The notes: generated by a model from the sequence alone, not told the origin. DNA of 64,000 nt from Gammaproteobacteria bacterium (GCA_965222155.1 CBDCTH010000012.1:3040001-3104000), one strand, 5' to 3'. Counted from the first letter of the stretch, positions 1 to 10,065 are shown. A program made the numbers and translations.

Positions 1-564
1 TATGAGCCGTTCCCGGAGACAGCGCAGTTTAATGAAGGCTTGCCTTTGCGTAGCGAAGTCATCTGTGGGCGCGGGCAACGCCATGAGTCCTCTCAGCTTT
101 AGCCGGGGTAACGGGAGAAGCTGCTCGGCCAGTTGTTCCACCTCATCCGGGTCGACGCCTGATTTGCTGGACTCAGCATCAACGTTGACCTGTATGCAGA
201 TATTCAGGGGAGGTAGGTCGGACGCTCGCGCCGCATTTAAGCGGCTGGCGATTTTGATACGATCGACCGAGTGTACCCAGTGGAAACACCCGGTAATCCG
301 GCGGGTCTTGTTGGACTGGATCGGACCGATGAAATGCCAGGTAAGCGACTGCCCACTCAATTGCCCGATTTTACCCCATGCTTCCTGAACATAGTTCTCG
401 CCGAAAGCCGTGACTCCCAGTTGCGCCAGCGCCAGAACGTCGGCGGCATCCCGGGTTTTACTCACGGCGAGCAGTTTCACACTGCCGGGTTCCCGGCCGA
501 AGCGCCGTTCCGCTTCCTCAATCTGCAGACGTACCCGTTGCAATCGTTCGCGCAGGCCGTTCAT
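1..564 (-). CDS. yggS: YggS/PLPBP pyridoxal phosphate homeostasis protein (3' end off window)
   Basis: Manual translation from ATG 564: MNGLRERLQRVR..LLAVSKTR..FGENYVQE..WHFIGPIQSNK..HSVDR..QVNVDAESSKSG..LRGLM. Not in the ORF track. An alternative in-frame ATG lies at 609. Confidence 0.93.
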   Translation of the reverse strand, partial: MNGLRERLQRVRLQIEEAERRFGREPGSVKLLAVSKTRDAADVLALAQLGVTAFGENYVQEAWGKIGQLSGQSLTWHFIGPIQSNKTRRITGCFHWVHSVDRIKIASRLNAARASDLPPLNICIQVNVDAESSKSGVDPDEVEQLAEQLLPLPRLKLRGLMALPAPTDDFATQRQAFIKLRCLRERLI

Positions 565-738
565 CTTGTCGCCAGGAACACCCCCGGATTGGTAACGCAG
601 GTTATTCATATCATTGTGGTTAACAGTCAGTCGATATTGTATATTATTCCGGGTATTTAAACCCTCTGTAACAACCGGTCTGCCAGATTTAGCAGTCAGT
701 GGTCGCCCGATGAACAGGAACATGAAAACAGAAATGTC

Positions 739-1308
739 ATGAAAAGGATTAACCTCACCAAGGCAGAGATTGAAAGCGGCTTGTCACGCCTGGATGAATT
801 GGCGCGAGCAGAACATCGCACGGTTGAAATTGCGATTTACGGTGGCGCGGCCATTATGCTGGCATGGGATATGCGTGCCGTGACCAATGACGTGGACGCA
901 ATCATCATGGACGCCAGAAACAATGACTTTGTCTGGCAAGCGGTAAAACAGATCGCCCGGGAAAACCGCTGGCACGAAGACTGGTTTAACGATGCCATTA
1001 AGGGATATATTATGGGATTCTGTCACATGGAAGAATTGCCTTTCTTTCCGGATAATGAGGAAGGCGGGCTACGCCTCTATGTGCCCAACCCGGAGTATTT
1101 CCTGGCCATGAAGTGTATGGCGATGCGTTTGGGCCAGGAAGGAAAACAGGACGGCGAGGACGTTAAAAATATATTGCGCATGTTGAATATCACTTCGCCT
1201 GAGGAAGTATATGATATTGTCGAGAAATACTACCCGCGCAACCTGATATTGCCCCGGGTACAACTTGGGATTCAACAACTGATTGAAGAGATGAGAGATG
1301 AGATTTGA
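739..1308 (+). CDS. DUF6036/AbiEii-like nucleotidyltransferase, putative toxin
   Basis: IYGGAAIML..RAVTNDVDA (GG..R.T.DxD NTase motif), WFND, LAMKCMAMR..KQDGED. Confidence 0.7.
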   Translation: MKRINLTKAEIESGLSRLDELARAEHRTVEIAIYGGAAIMLAWDMRAVTNDVDAIIMDARNNDFVWQAVKQIARENRWHEDWFNDAIKGYIMGFCHMEELPFFPDNEEGGLRLYVPNPEYFLAMKCMAMRLGQEGKQDGEDVKNILRMLNITSPEEVYDIVEKYYPRNLILPRVQLGIQQLIEEMRDEI

Positions 1309-1783
1309 TTCAAAAGGCTTTCGCCCTGATTGCATTGCCGATATTCTGCCTCATGCCCGTCACCGGGAAGCCCAGGGGATGGATTTTTCCCAGGCTTTCG
1401 GTATGGCCTGGTGCGAATATCTGGATGCTTTCTACAATATGGGAGATGAACAAAGGGCTGAATCCCTGCAGGATGAACCAGCCAGGATCAATCCTGTCAA
1501 GGATGCCAAATTAGCGGCGACCGCGGAACACCTGGCCCGCAATTTCCGCCTGCCGCTCCCGGCCTGGACTCAACAGCCGGGGCGCTTCCTGAAAAAACCG
1601 GTCTTTGCCAGTGGGGACATCATGAAGGGTTTGCTGCTAAGGGAATCCCCCACGGCGTTTCGCCGGCACGGACTCTTCGTCACCGGCAACGCCCTGACCC
1701 GGGCTTCCATGCTCAAGGCCAAACCCAACCACGGCAAACCCATACCGGTACCGGCGCTGGCCAACATGTCAGTTTTTGAGTAA
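1298..1783 (+). CDS. Hypothetical partner of the nucleotidyltransferase (putative antitoxin)
   Basis: Overlaps the NTase stop. Motifs EP..DAKLAATAEHLA..P.W..RFL..ESPTAFRRHGLFV resemble genes paired with DUF6036 NTases. Confidence 0.6.
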   Translation: MRFDSKGFRPDCIADILPHARHREAQGMDFSQAFGMAWCEYLDAFYNMGDEQRAESLQDEPARINPVKDAKLAATAEHLARNFRLPLPAWTQQPGRFLKKPVFASGDIMKGLLLRESPTAFRRHGLFVTGNALTRASMLKAKPNHGKPIPVPALANMSVFE

Positions 1784-1828
1784 GTGTATTCCTTGAAAAT
1801 CTATGGAGCTTACAGGAGCGCAGACAAT

Positions 1829-1855
1829 AAAAAAGGGTCTTGACGACCCTTTTTT
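1829..1855. terminator. Bidirectional intrinsic terminator
   Basis: AAAAAAGGGTC-TTGAC-GACCCTTTTTT between convergent genes. Confidence 0.85.
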
Positions 1856-1875
1856 ATGCAACTTGTAATATGTTA

Positions 1876-1950
1876 TTACTTGTTGTTGATGTACATCGTG
1901 ACTTCGAAACCGAAGCGGATGTCGCTGTATTCAGGAGTTTGCCAGTTCAT
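1876..1950 (-). CDS. pqqA: PQQ precursor peptide PqqA (24 aa)
   Basis: MNWQTPEYSDIRFGFEVTMYINNK*, with W..P..D.R.GFEVTMY (E-x3-Y core), a GGAGG RBS and its own terminator. Confidence 0.93.
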   Translation of the reverse strand: MNWQTPEYSDIRFGFEVTMYINNK

Positions 1951-2005
1951 TTTACTTCCTCCAATTGGTTGATATTAAGGGTTAAAACTTTGTTGCCTAT
2001 ATTAA

Positions 2006-2073
2006 TGCAGGTTCTGTGCCAGAATTCGGTAAATTTTAATTAATCCTGAAAGTCGTTATATATCAGTTAGTTA
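2006..2073 (-). promoter_or_regulatory. Sigma-54 promoter of pqqA with an upstream IHF-like site
   Basis: Minus strand TGGCAC-AGAAC-CTGCA (2021-2006) fits the -24/-12 consensus. TATCAGTTAGTTA (2061-2073) is one mismatch from WATCAANNNNTTR. Confidence 0.6.
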
Positions 2074-2137
2074 TAAATACATAAAGCGAAATGCGAAAAT
2101 CAGCAGTGCGGGCATGGTTCATAAAAACTGGTTGTAA

Positions 2138-3046
2138 TTATTCACAATTTTGGTTGTTGCCGACCATTTCCGGAAACACCTCCTCACCCTGGAACACCGG
2201 GCCATCCACGCAGACCCGCCGCATGGAGACCGTGCCGTTTGTATAAACGGGCACCGTACAACCGGCGCAGCCGCCTACAGCGCAGGCCATGTATTCTTCC
2301 AGTGAAACCTGGCAGGGCAGGACAAATTCCCTGGCCAGAGCGGCAACGGCCTGCAACATGGGCGTCGGTCCGCAACTGAATATCTCGACCTGCCGGCGTT
2401 GTTCCGCGCTGAGGCCGGCCAGCCACTGCCTGGCCAGGTCGGTGACGAAACCGTCATAACAACCGGGATAACCCTGCTTGCTGGTGAGGCGACTGGCAAT
2501 GCCCCAGTCCTCCAGTAACGGCATGCAGGCGATTGCGTCGCCCGGGACTCCCTCGACCATGATGCGCGAGGGCCTGGGGTTAAAGGGAAAAGGGATCTCG
2601 GAACCCATGATTACGAAGGGGTTCACGGTTTTTGCCTGTTTCATCATGTGCTCGGCGAGGAACACCATGGGGGGGATGCCCACCCCGCCGCCGATTAGCA
2701 GGGGGACACTTCGATAACTGTGCTGTTTGAACGGGTTGCCGATGGGGCCCAGCAGGTTGATCCTGTCGCCGGTCCGGGTCCCTGCCAGTTTTTCCGTACC
2801 CAGGCCGTGAACCTTGTACAGAATATCAATCCAGCCGGCGTCGGGGTCTGCACGCATGATCGACATGGGGCGGCGCATGGGCAGGTCTTCATGGCAGCGC
2901 AGGTGGATAAAGCTGCCCGGCAAGGCCCGTTGCGCCGTAGCGCCGGCTGCCAGGCGCAGGAGGTGCTGGCCGGCGCCCAGCGCCTGGTGTTGCAGGACCG
3001 CGGCGTCCTCGACAAAAATGCTGTCGCGGCTATCCGGATGTGGCAT
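2138..3046 (-). CDS. pyrK: Dihydroorotate dehydrogenase electron-transfer subunit
   Basis: RRPMSI, GPIGN, GGGVGIPP, CGP.PML, EEYMACAVGGCAGC..VCVDGPVF [2Fe-2S]. Confidence 0.88.
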   Translation of the reverse strand: MPHPDSRDSIFVEDAAVLQHQALGAGQHLLRLAAGATAQRALPGSFIHLRCHEDLPMRRPMSIMRADPDAGWIDILYKVHGLGTEKLAGTRTGDRINLLGPIGNPFKQHSYRSVPLLIGGGVGIPPMVFLAEHMMKQAKTVNPFVIMGSEIPFPFNPRPSRIMVEGVPGDAIACMPLLEDWGIASRLTSKQGYPGCYDGFVTDLARQWLAGLSAEQRRQVEIFSCGPTPMLQAVAALAREFVLPCQVSLEEYMACAVGGCAGCTVPVYTNGTVSMRRVCVDGPVFQGEEVFPEMVGNNQNCE

Positions 3047-4326
3047 TAAACAGTGTCCTGGAACGCCAGTTTACCGTCGACAATCGTATGGGTGATTTTT
3101 CCGTTCATTTCCCAGTTGTCGAAAGGCGTGTTTTTTCCGGCGCTGACTAATTTTTCTGCCTCGACGGTCCACTGCCGGTTCTCATCGAAGATGAACAGGT
3201 CGGCCCGTGCGCCGCCGGCCAGGCTCCCCGCGTCGATGCCTATGATGGAAGCAGGCCGGCAGGTAAGGGCTTGCACGATTTGTCCCGGGCTGAAACCGCG
3301 GGCAGCAGCCAGGTTGAACGCCAGCGGCGCCAGGACTTCCAGTGTGGATGCGCCGGGCTCGGTGCTGCTGAAAGGCGCGGCTTTGGCGTCTTCATCGTGG
3401 GGTTGATGGTCTGAACAGACGGCGTCGATGACGCCGGAGTGCAACCCGTCCAGCAATGTCTGCCGGTCCCGGTCGGTACGCAGGGGCGGCCACAGACGGC
3501 ATTGGGAATTAAAGCCGTCAACATCGACCTCCGTCAGATACAGGTACGCAATGCCGGCATCCGCCGTGACCGGCAGTCCCTGCTGTTTTGCCGCGCCGAT
3601 CAGTTCCACGCTACGTGCGCAGGACAAGCGACAGAAATGCGCGCTGACCCCGGTCTGTTCAATCAATAACAGGGCGCGGCTGATAGCTATCGTCTCCGCG
3701 GTTTCCGGGATCCCGGGCAGACCCAGGCGTGTGCTGATCCTGCCCTCGTGCATAACGCCCTGGTTTCTCAGATAACTGTCTTCCGGATGGATAAACACGG
3801 GCAGGTCAAAACCAACAGCGTATTCAAGCGCGCGCCGCAGTACTTCCGTGTCCACAATCGGCTTGTCGGCATTGGACAAACCGACACAACCGGCTTGTTT
3901 GAGGGCCGCCACTTCCGTTAATTGCTGACCGTCCAATCCTTTGGTCAGCGCGCCTAACGGATATATTCGCGTCTTGTTGAGCCGCGATTGACGTTGATGG
4001 ATAAATTCAACAACCGCCGGGGTGTCAGTTACCGGCCGGGTATTCGGCGGACACACCATACTGGTTACGCCGGAGCGGACGGCCGCCTCTGTTTCAGTGG
4101 TGATCGTCGCCTTGTGCTCGAATCCCGGTTCGCGGGTATGTACGCTCAGATCGACAATCCCCGGACATACGTACTGTCCGTCCAGAGAGATTTCAAGATC
4201 CGCGCTGAATCCATCTATGTGCTTGCCGGCAGAGACTATCCTGCCGTCCGCGATGTACAGATCGCCTTGACCGTCAAGCCGCTGCGCGGGACAGATCAGG
4301 TGACCGTTGCTGATGGCTATACGCAT
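3046..4326 (-). CDS. pyrC: Dihydroorotase-like protein (probably the inactive PyrC' type)
   Basis: DLSVHTREPG (first metal-binding His absent), PPNTRP, SDHQPH, KNTPF; adjacent to pyrB. Confidence 0.88.
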   Translation of the reverse strand: MRIAISNGHLICPAQRLDGQGDLYIADGRIVSAGKHIDGFSADLEISLDGQYVCPGIVDLSVHTREPGFEHKATITTETEAAVRSGVTSMVCPPNTRPVTDTPAVVEFIHQRQSRLNKTRIYPLGALTKGLDGQQLTEVAALKQAGCVGLSNADKPIVDTEVLRRALEYAVGFDLPVFIHPEDSYLRNQGVMHEGRISTRLGLPGIPETAETIAISRALLLIEQTGVSAHFCRLSCARSVELIGAAKQQGLPVTADAGIAYLYLTEVDVDGFNSQCRLWPPLRTDRDRQTLLDGLHSGVIDAVCSDHQPHDEDAKAAPFSSTEPGASTLEVLAPLAFNLAAARGFSPGQIVQALTCRPASIIGIDAGSLAGGARADLFIFDENRQWTVEAEKLVSAGKNTPFDNWEMNGKITHTIVDGKLAFQDTV

Positions 4327-5306
4327 CAGTCACCTCCCTTTGAGGCGTCGGTTGCGGCGCCCATGACCATGGCCATGACCGCCATGCGTATGGCTATGCC
4401 GTGGCTGACCTGTTGCAGGATAACCGACCGATCCCCGTCGGCAACCTGCGAATCAATCTCTATTCCCCGGTTGATTGGGCCGGGGTGCATGACGATCACA
4501 TCGGGTTTGGCCACGCGCAGGCGTTCCTCGGTGAGGCCGAAACAGTGGAAATACTCCTCTTCGCTGGGAAGGACGGCATTGCCGATGCGTTCCCGCTGCA
4601 GGCGTAACATGGCGATGACGTCCACGTCGTACAGCCCCTCGGTTAAATCATGAAATACCTGCACCCCCAGACTTTCGATGTTTTCCGGGAGCAGGGTTTT
4701 GGGCGCGATGACGCGAATATCGCTGACTCCAAGTATGTTAAGCGCATGGATTTCCGAACGGGCAACCCGCGAGTGGGCAATATCCCCGACAATAGCCACT
4801 CGCAAGGACTCAAAATCCGGTTTATGCCGACGTATGGTGAACATGTCCAGCATGGCCTGGGTCGGGTGGGCATGACGGCCATCCCCCGCATTGATTACAT
4901 GGACATTTTCCGCCACCTGGCCGGCTATGAAATGCGCGGCGCCGCTGTTGCCGTGGCGCACCACGAACAAATCGCAATGCATGGCTTCCAGGGTGTGCAG
5001 GGTATCATGCAGGGTTTCGCCTTTGTTGGTGGCCGATGTGGCGATGTTGATATTCAACACATCAGCGGACAAGCGTTTGGCTGCCAACTCAAAAGTTGTA
5101 CGAGTCCGGGTACTGGATTCAAAAAACAGGTTGGCTACGGTCTTGCCGCGCAATAACGGCACTTTTTTAACGGCGCGTCCGCTTACGCTGGCGAAGGATT
5201 CGGCATAATCAAGGATACTTGTCAGAATTTGACGACTAAGGCCTTCCGTCGTCAGGAAATGTTTGAGGCGCCCGTGCTGGTCCAGTTGAATAGGGTGATC
5301 CGTCAT
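4326..5306 (-). CDS. pyrB: Aspartate carbamoyltransferase catalytic subunit
   Basis: [38 protein letters not shown]. Confidence 0.97.
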   Translation of the reverse strand: MTDHPIQLDQHGRLKHFLTTEGLSRQILTSILDYAESFASVSGRAVKKVPLLRGKTVANLFFESSTRTRTTFELAAKRLSADVLNINIATSATNKGETLHDTLHTLEAMHCDLFVVRHGNSGAAHFIAGQVAENVHVINAGDGRHAHPTQAMLDMFTIRRHKPDFESLRVAIVGDIAHSRVARSEIHALNILGVSDIRVIAPKTLLPENIESLGVQVFHDLTEGLYDVDVIAMLRLQRERIGNAVLPSEEEYFHCFGLTEERLRVAKPDVIVMHPGPINRGIEIDSQVADGDRSVILQQVSHGIAIRMAVMAMVMGAATDASKGGD

Positions 5307-5812
5307 TCTGTCGTCGTGACCTCCAGCGCCAGGGGTTCCGGGCCGGAGAGTTTAACGTGCTGGTTAACTTCAAGATTGAGATGTTTTCCGGTCACGTCAG
5401 CCTGTATGGGTAACTCCCTGCCGCTACGGTCCACCAGTACCGCCAGGCAGATACTCGCCGCCCTGCCGTAGTCGAATAATTCATTCATTGCCGCGCGCAC
5501 GGTGCGGCCGGTAAAAAGTACGTCATCGATTAAAATCACGTGACGGTCTGTGATATCGAACGGCAGGCTGGAAGGTGTGACTTGCGGGTGCAGGCCGATC
5601 CGACTGAAGTCGTCCCGGTAAAATGCGATATTCAGTTTGCCGAGAGGCACGGTGGAGCCGAACAGTTGGTGCAACCGTTGTGCTATCCATACACCTCCGC
5701 TGTGGATCCCGACAAACAGGGGATCATATATATTGTATTTTTCCAGGTATCGTTCCAGATCGGATTTCATCGTTTGGAGCAGTTGCTCTACGTCGATATT
5801 ATTTGCCGGCAT
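5303..5812 (-). CDS. pyrR: PyrR regulator / uracil phosphoribosyltransferase
   Basis: [28 protein letters not shown]. Confidence 0.95.
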   Translation of the reverse strand: MPANNIDVEQLLQTMKSDLERYLEKYNIYDPLFVGIHSGGVWIAQRLHQLFGSTVPLGKLNIAFYRDDFSRIGLHPQVTPSSLPFDITDRHVILIDDVLFTGRTVRAAMNELFDYGRAASICLAVLVDRSGRELPIQADVTGKHLNLEVNQHVKLSGPEPLALEVTTTE

Positions 5813-5830
5813 AGTTTATCTGAACGTTCT

Positions 5831-6268
5831 CTACTCATCGGTTATTATATCATTTTTTGGCTTCTCCGGATTTTCCTGCAGCCATCCTTCCAGGATAACC
5901 TGAGCCGCGACATGATCGAGAGGTTGCTTATTTTGTTGACGGGCTCGTGCCTCGACAGTGGAAAGCCGTTCATCGGCGCGCAGTACGGGGAGTCGGTAAC
6001 GTCCTTGCAGTTTTCCGGCGAATTTATCGGCGTCAGTTGTGATCAGTTGACGGCTGCCGTCAATATTCAATGGATTCCCTACCAGCAGGACCTGTGGCTG
6101 CCATCGTTTGATAAGCGCACCGATCCGTTGCCAATCCGGGCGGTTGTTACGGACGGAGATGATTTCCAGAGGGGTGGCCGTATCAGTCAGCGTCTGACCC
6201 ACTGCCACACCAATTCTTTTTGTACCGAAATCGAAACAAAGCAGGGTGGCAGGTTCTGACACATGCAT
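5831..6268 (-). CDS. ruvX: RuvX/YqgF nuclease
   Basis: FDFGTKRIGVAVG, DERLSTVEA, DHVAAQVIL. Confidence 0.95.
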   Translation of the reverse strand: MHVSEPATLLCFDFGTKRIGVAVGQTLTDTATPLEIISVRNNRPDWQRIGALIKRWQPQVLLVGNPLNIDGSRQLITTDADKFAGKLQGRYRLPVLRADERLSTVEARARQQNKQPLDHVAAQVILEGWLQENPEKPKNDIITDE

Positions 6269-6828
6269 CAAGCGTGCCCGAAGCCGGTTGATATCTGGTG
6301 ATGATCGATGCCCAACAAAGCGGTTGCCGAGGACCAGCGCAGTTCACAAGGGGTGTTGAAAATGATTTCCAAATCCGCGGACACGTTCAGCCAGACGTTT
6401 TCCTTTATTTCCTCTTCCAATTGTCCGGCTGTCCAGCCCGCGTAACCCAGAGCGATAAGGAAATTTTGCGGTCCTGCGCTTTCCGCGATGGCAAGTAATA
6501 TATCCCGGGAAGTCGTCACGCCCAGAGCATCACTCACACTGATCGAAGAATCCCATTGATTGCTCGGCTCGTGCAACACGAAGCCCCGATCGGTGTGTAC
6601 CGGCCCACCTTGATAAACCGGCATCTTTTCAATGGTTTCATTCTCCGGTTTCATCTGCATCTGTTGCAGGATTTCGCCCAGTTCGCAATTTGCCGGGCGG
6701 TTGATCACAAGACCCATTGCGCCGTCATCATTGTGTGCACAGATGTATGTAACGGTTTGAGAAAATTTGGGATCTCTCAGGCTGGGCATAGCAATGAGAA
6801 ACTGATTTGTGAAGTTACTGACTTGCAT
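6268..6828 (-). CDS. yqgE: YqgE/AlgH family protein
   Basis: FLIAMP, GAMGLVINRP, GGPV, LGYAGW..GQLE, C-terminal GHA. Confidence 0.95.
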   Translation of the reverse strand: MQVSNFTNQFLIAMPSLRDPKFSQTVTYICAHNDDGAMGLVINRPANCELGEILQQMQMKPENETIEKMPVYQGGPVHTDRGFVLHEPSNQWDSSISVSDALGVTTSRDILLAIAESAGPQNFLIALGYAGWTAGQLEEEIKENVWLNVSADLEIIFNTPCELRWSSATALLGIDHHQISTGFGHA

Positions 6829-7044
6829 AAGTCACCTCAGAACACAGTAATGGCGCCATGAAGTCCAATTGGTTCGTGCGACAAATGCCTGCCCGGATAT
6901 GTTCCTGATGACATGTGAGATCCGGAAACCATAACTGTAATAGTATCCGTATCAGCAGCAGAAAGCCACCTCGAAATAATAAAAGCCGACTTTATTTCCT
7001 GTTTCAAGAGGGCCAACCTTTATCCACAGGCGTATCAGTTCGGG

Positions 7045-7947
7045 CTACCTGAAACCGCGCTGATCCAGAAACTGCCAGGTCCTGGTAATGTGCAGAACAT
7101 CGGTTTCCGCGCGGATCGCCTCGGGGAAATCCGCATACGGCGCCGCCAACTCGACAATCCTGATTGCGGCGTCATCCAGTACCTTATGGCCCGAGGAACG
7201 ACGGACGGTAATTTGATTTATTTTGCCGTCCGGGTTCAACGCCACGTCCAGCACCAGTTGTCCGGAGATTTTGCGCTTTCTGGCTTCCTCCGGGTAATTC
7301 AGGTTCCCCAAGCGTTCCACTTTTGCGCGCCATGCCTCCATGTAGGCCGCATATTTGTATTCACGGGTACTGGCCGATATGAATGTCCTTTTCGGACGCT
7401 TTGCTTTGGTCTCCAGCTTCCGTTTTACCTCCAAGCTCAAAGCAGCCATCCTCAGGCTGTTGCTCAGTAATTCACTGGCGCTGGGGTGGTTTGGCCCGGG
7501 TTTGACCGGGCTTTCCTCCAGTGCGGCTGAAGTTTTTTCCACCGCGACAGCCAGGTGCTCAACAATTTCCTGCGCAGGCGCTGGTCCGGGATCGGTTATT
7601 TCAGGTTCGGCAGGCGATTCTTGCGGTTGTGTTTCGACCGGCGCGGCAACTTCAGTTTGATCCTCAGGTGGTAGAAACGGCAGCGGTGAAGCCGGGGTAA
7701 ACTTTTCTGAGACATCTCCTCCCCCGCGCAGGTTGGCCTGGGCAAGGACGTCGGCTTCTTTTGCCGGTTCACTGGATTGTTGTACCAGCACGACCTCCAT
7801 GGACTCATAGCGCGGGTTGACTTTATCTTCCGGTGCAAAAACAATCCCCAGGATGATCAGGGCATGAAAGAGTAAGGCAAGACAAAACGTCAAGCTCAGC
7901 CTGTCATCAGGTGTCAGCTCCGGGCGAATTGCGACAGAGTTGCTCAA
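7045..7947 (-). CDS. tonB: Energy transducer TonB (TonB3-like)
   Basis: N-terminal TM segment with His, Pro/Glu-rich linker, NYPEEAR..SSGHKVLDDAA..ITRTWQF. Confidence 0.85.
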   Translation of the reverse strand: MSNSVAIRPELTPDDRLSLTFCLALLFHALIILGIVFAPEDKVNPRYESMEVVLVQQSSEPAKEADVLAQANLRGGGDVSEKFTPASPLPFLPPEDQTEVAAPVETQPQESPAEPEITDPGPAPAQEIVEHLAVAVEKTSAALEESPVKPGPNHPSASELLSNSLRMAALSLEVKRKLETKAKRPKRTFISASTREYKYAAYMEAWRAKVERLGNLNYPEEARKRKISGQLVLDVALNPDGKINQITVRRSSGHKVLDDAAIRIVELAAPYADFPEAIRAETDVLHITRTWQFLDQRGFR

Positions 7948-8894
7948 GACGGCAGCCGCAACTTTTCGGCAATGCAGTCCATTACCGACCCTGAAATATC
8001 ATTGCCGTAGAGTCGTTCCAATTCCCTTACGCAGGTCGGACTGGTAACGTTGATCTCCGTCAGGTAGTCGCCGATAACGTCCAAACCGACGAAAACCAGT
8101 CCCATTGAGCGCAACCTCGGCCCCACCTGTTGGCAGATCCAATAGTCCCGTTCGGACAGGTCAACGCCCTTGCCGGTACCTCCCGCGGCCAGGTTCCCGC
8201 GTATATCGCCGGATTTAGGGATGCGCGCCAGCGCATGTTCCAGCGGCCGGCCGTCAACCAGCAGAATGCGTTTATCCCCCTGTTCAATTGCCGCCAGGTA
8301 TTGTTGCGCCATAATAAAGCTTTGCGAGTTCCGGGTCAGGGTTTCCACGATGACGTTCCTGTTCGAGTCTGCCTTATCAACACGGAACACAGAGGCGCCG
8401 CCCATGCCATCCAGAGGCTTGAGTACAACCTGCCCGTGCTGTTCCAGGAAAGCGTGTATCTGCTGCGCATTACGGCTGATCAGGGTGGGCGCTATACACT
8501 GAGGAAATTGGGTGATAAAGGCCTTTTCATTAACATTACGCAATGCAGCCGGATCGTTGACGACAAGCGTTCCGCGAGCTGCTGCGTGTTCCAGGATATA
8601 GGTCATATAGATGTATTCCATGTTAAAGGGGGGATCCTTGCGCATCAGGATTACATCCAAATCCGAGAGTGCCAGCTCAGTCCGCTGTTGCAATTGATAC
8701 CAGTCGTACGCATCATCCGCGACCGTCATGACGCGGGCGCTTGCCCGCGCCGTGTTACCAATGAGATAAACATCGCCCATCTCCATATAATGTATTTCCC
8801 ATTCCCTGCGCTGAGCCGCGAGCAGCAATGCCAGAGTCGTGTCTTTTTCGACCTTGATCCCGGCTACAGGATCCATGATTACGCCCAGTTTCAT
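7944..8894 (-). CDS. gshB: Glutathione synthetase
   Basis: MDP..KDTT, MRKDPPF, KPLDGMGG, RGNLAAGG, EINVTSPTC. Confidence 0.97.
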   Translation of the reverse strand: MKLGVIMDPVAGIKVEKDTTLALLLAAQRREWEIHYMEMGDVYLIGNTARASARVMTVADDAYDWYQLQQRTELALSDLDVILMRKDPPFNMEYIYMTYILEHAAARGTLVVNDPAALRNVNEKAFITQFPQCIAPTLISRNAQQIHAFLEQHGQVVLKPLDGMGGASVFRVDKADSNRNVIVETLTRNSQSFIMAQQYLAAIEQGDKRILLVDGRPLEHALARIPKSGDIRGNLAAGGTGKGVDLSERDYWICQQVGPRLRSMGLVFVGLDVIGDYLTEINVTSPTCVRELERLYGNDISGSVMDCIAEKLRLPS

Positions 8895-9126
8895 CTGAAA
8901 AACCCCGGCAAAGTTGAATAAATGTCGTCTACCCTGTTAGTGTATCCAGATTGTATGGGAGGTCAAAGCCCTTATACACGGTAGACGGGCCCACCATAAA
9001 GTCGCCTGGCCCGGCAATACCATTCCGGACTTGACCGGGAAGCCGCAAACGAAGGGAAACATATGGAATGTGAAGGCGCTTTTGGAAATGACATAACACG
9101 TTGAAACTACGGAGAAATATGGGTTA

Positions 9127-10065
9127 ATGACCGGTTCAGGCTTACGCATTGTTAGCAGAGAAAGTCCCCTGGCCTTGTGGCAGGCGCAATACGTGCGCGC
9201 GCGCTTACAGGATATGCATCCCGGCCTGAGCGTCGGGATAAAGACCGTAAAGACGCTCGCCGATCGATTTTTGCACAAATCACTGGCGCAAATGGGCGGC
9301 AAAGGCGTGTTTGTCAAAGAACTGGAGCAGGCACTGATGAATAATGAGGCCGACCTGGCCGTTCATTCAATGAAGGACGTGACGGTAGACCTGCCCGCCG
9401 GCTTATCAATTACAGTGATCATGCAAAGAGAGGACCCGAGGGATGTATTGATAGCAAACCGCTACTCGTCCCTGGCCGAATTACCGGCCGGCGCTAACAT
9501 CGGGACGTCCAGTTTGCGCCGACAGTGCCAACTCAATGCAGCTTACCCGAGGCTGGCCCTGCAGGACATTCGCGGCAATGTGGGGAGCAGGCTGGAAAAA
9601 CTGGATAACGGGACATATGATGCGCTGATTCTTGCAGCCGCCGGGATGAAACGGCTGGGCAAGGAGGGCAGGATCAGCTTTTACCTTGACGTGGATGACA
9701 TGCTGCCTGCCATAGGACAGGGCGCGCTGGGAATTGAAACCAGGACAGACGATGCCCAGGTTTTACAGCTTGTCCGGCCCTTGAACCACGAACCGACCCG
9801 GGTGTGTGTGAGTGCGGAGAGAGCCTTGTCCCGGACACTCTATGGGGGCTGTCACCTGCCGCTTGCGGCGTATGCGGAAATTTCCGGTGCGGTGCTCTCC
9901 ATGACCGCGCTGGTGGGTTACCCGGACGGTTCCAGGGTAGTGAAAAACAGGATCGCCGGCGCAGCGGACCGGGGCGAGAAGCTCGGGCATGAATTGGGGG
10001 AACAGTTGCTGCAGCAGGGAGCGCGGGATATCCTGGCTGAGGTTATGGGCAATGCAGGGCAGTGA
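9127..10065 (+). CDS. hemC: Porphobilinogen deaminase
   Basis: RESPLALWQA, GGKGVFVKELE, AVHSMKD, GTSSLRR, GGCHLP. Confidence 0.97.
   Translation: MTGSGLRIVSRESPLALWQAQYVRARLQDMHPGLSVGIKTVKTLADRFLHKSLAQMGGKGVFVKELEQALMNNEADLAVHSMKDVTVDLPAGLSITVIMQREDPRDVLIANRYSSLAELPAGANIGTSSLRRQCQLNAAYPRLALQDIRGNVGSRLEKLDNGTYDALILAAAGMKRLGKEGRISFYLDVDDMLPAIGQGALGIETRTDDAQVLQLVRPLNHEPTRVCVSAERALSRTLYGGCHLPLAAYAEISGAVLSMTALVGYPDGSRVVKNRIAGAADRGEKLGHELGEQLLQQGARDILAEVMGNAGQ

Noticed and set aside
7020-7028. Single TTATCCACA DnaA box between tonB and yqgE
   Set aside because: An isolated 9-mer could occur by chance in 64 kb, and no supporting boxes are nearby.
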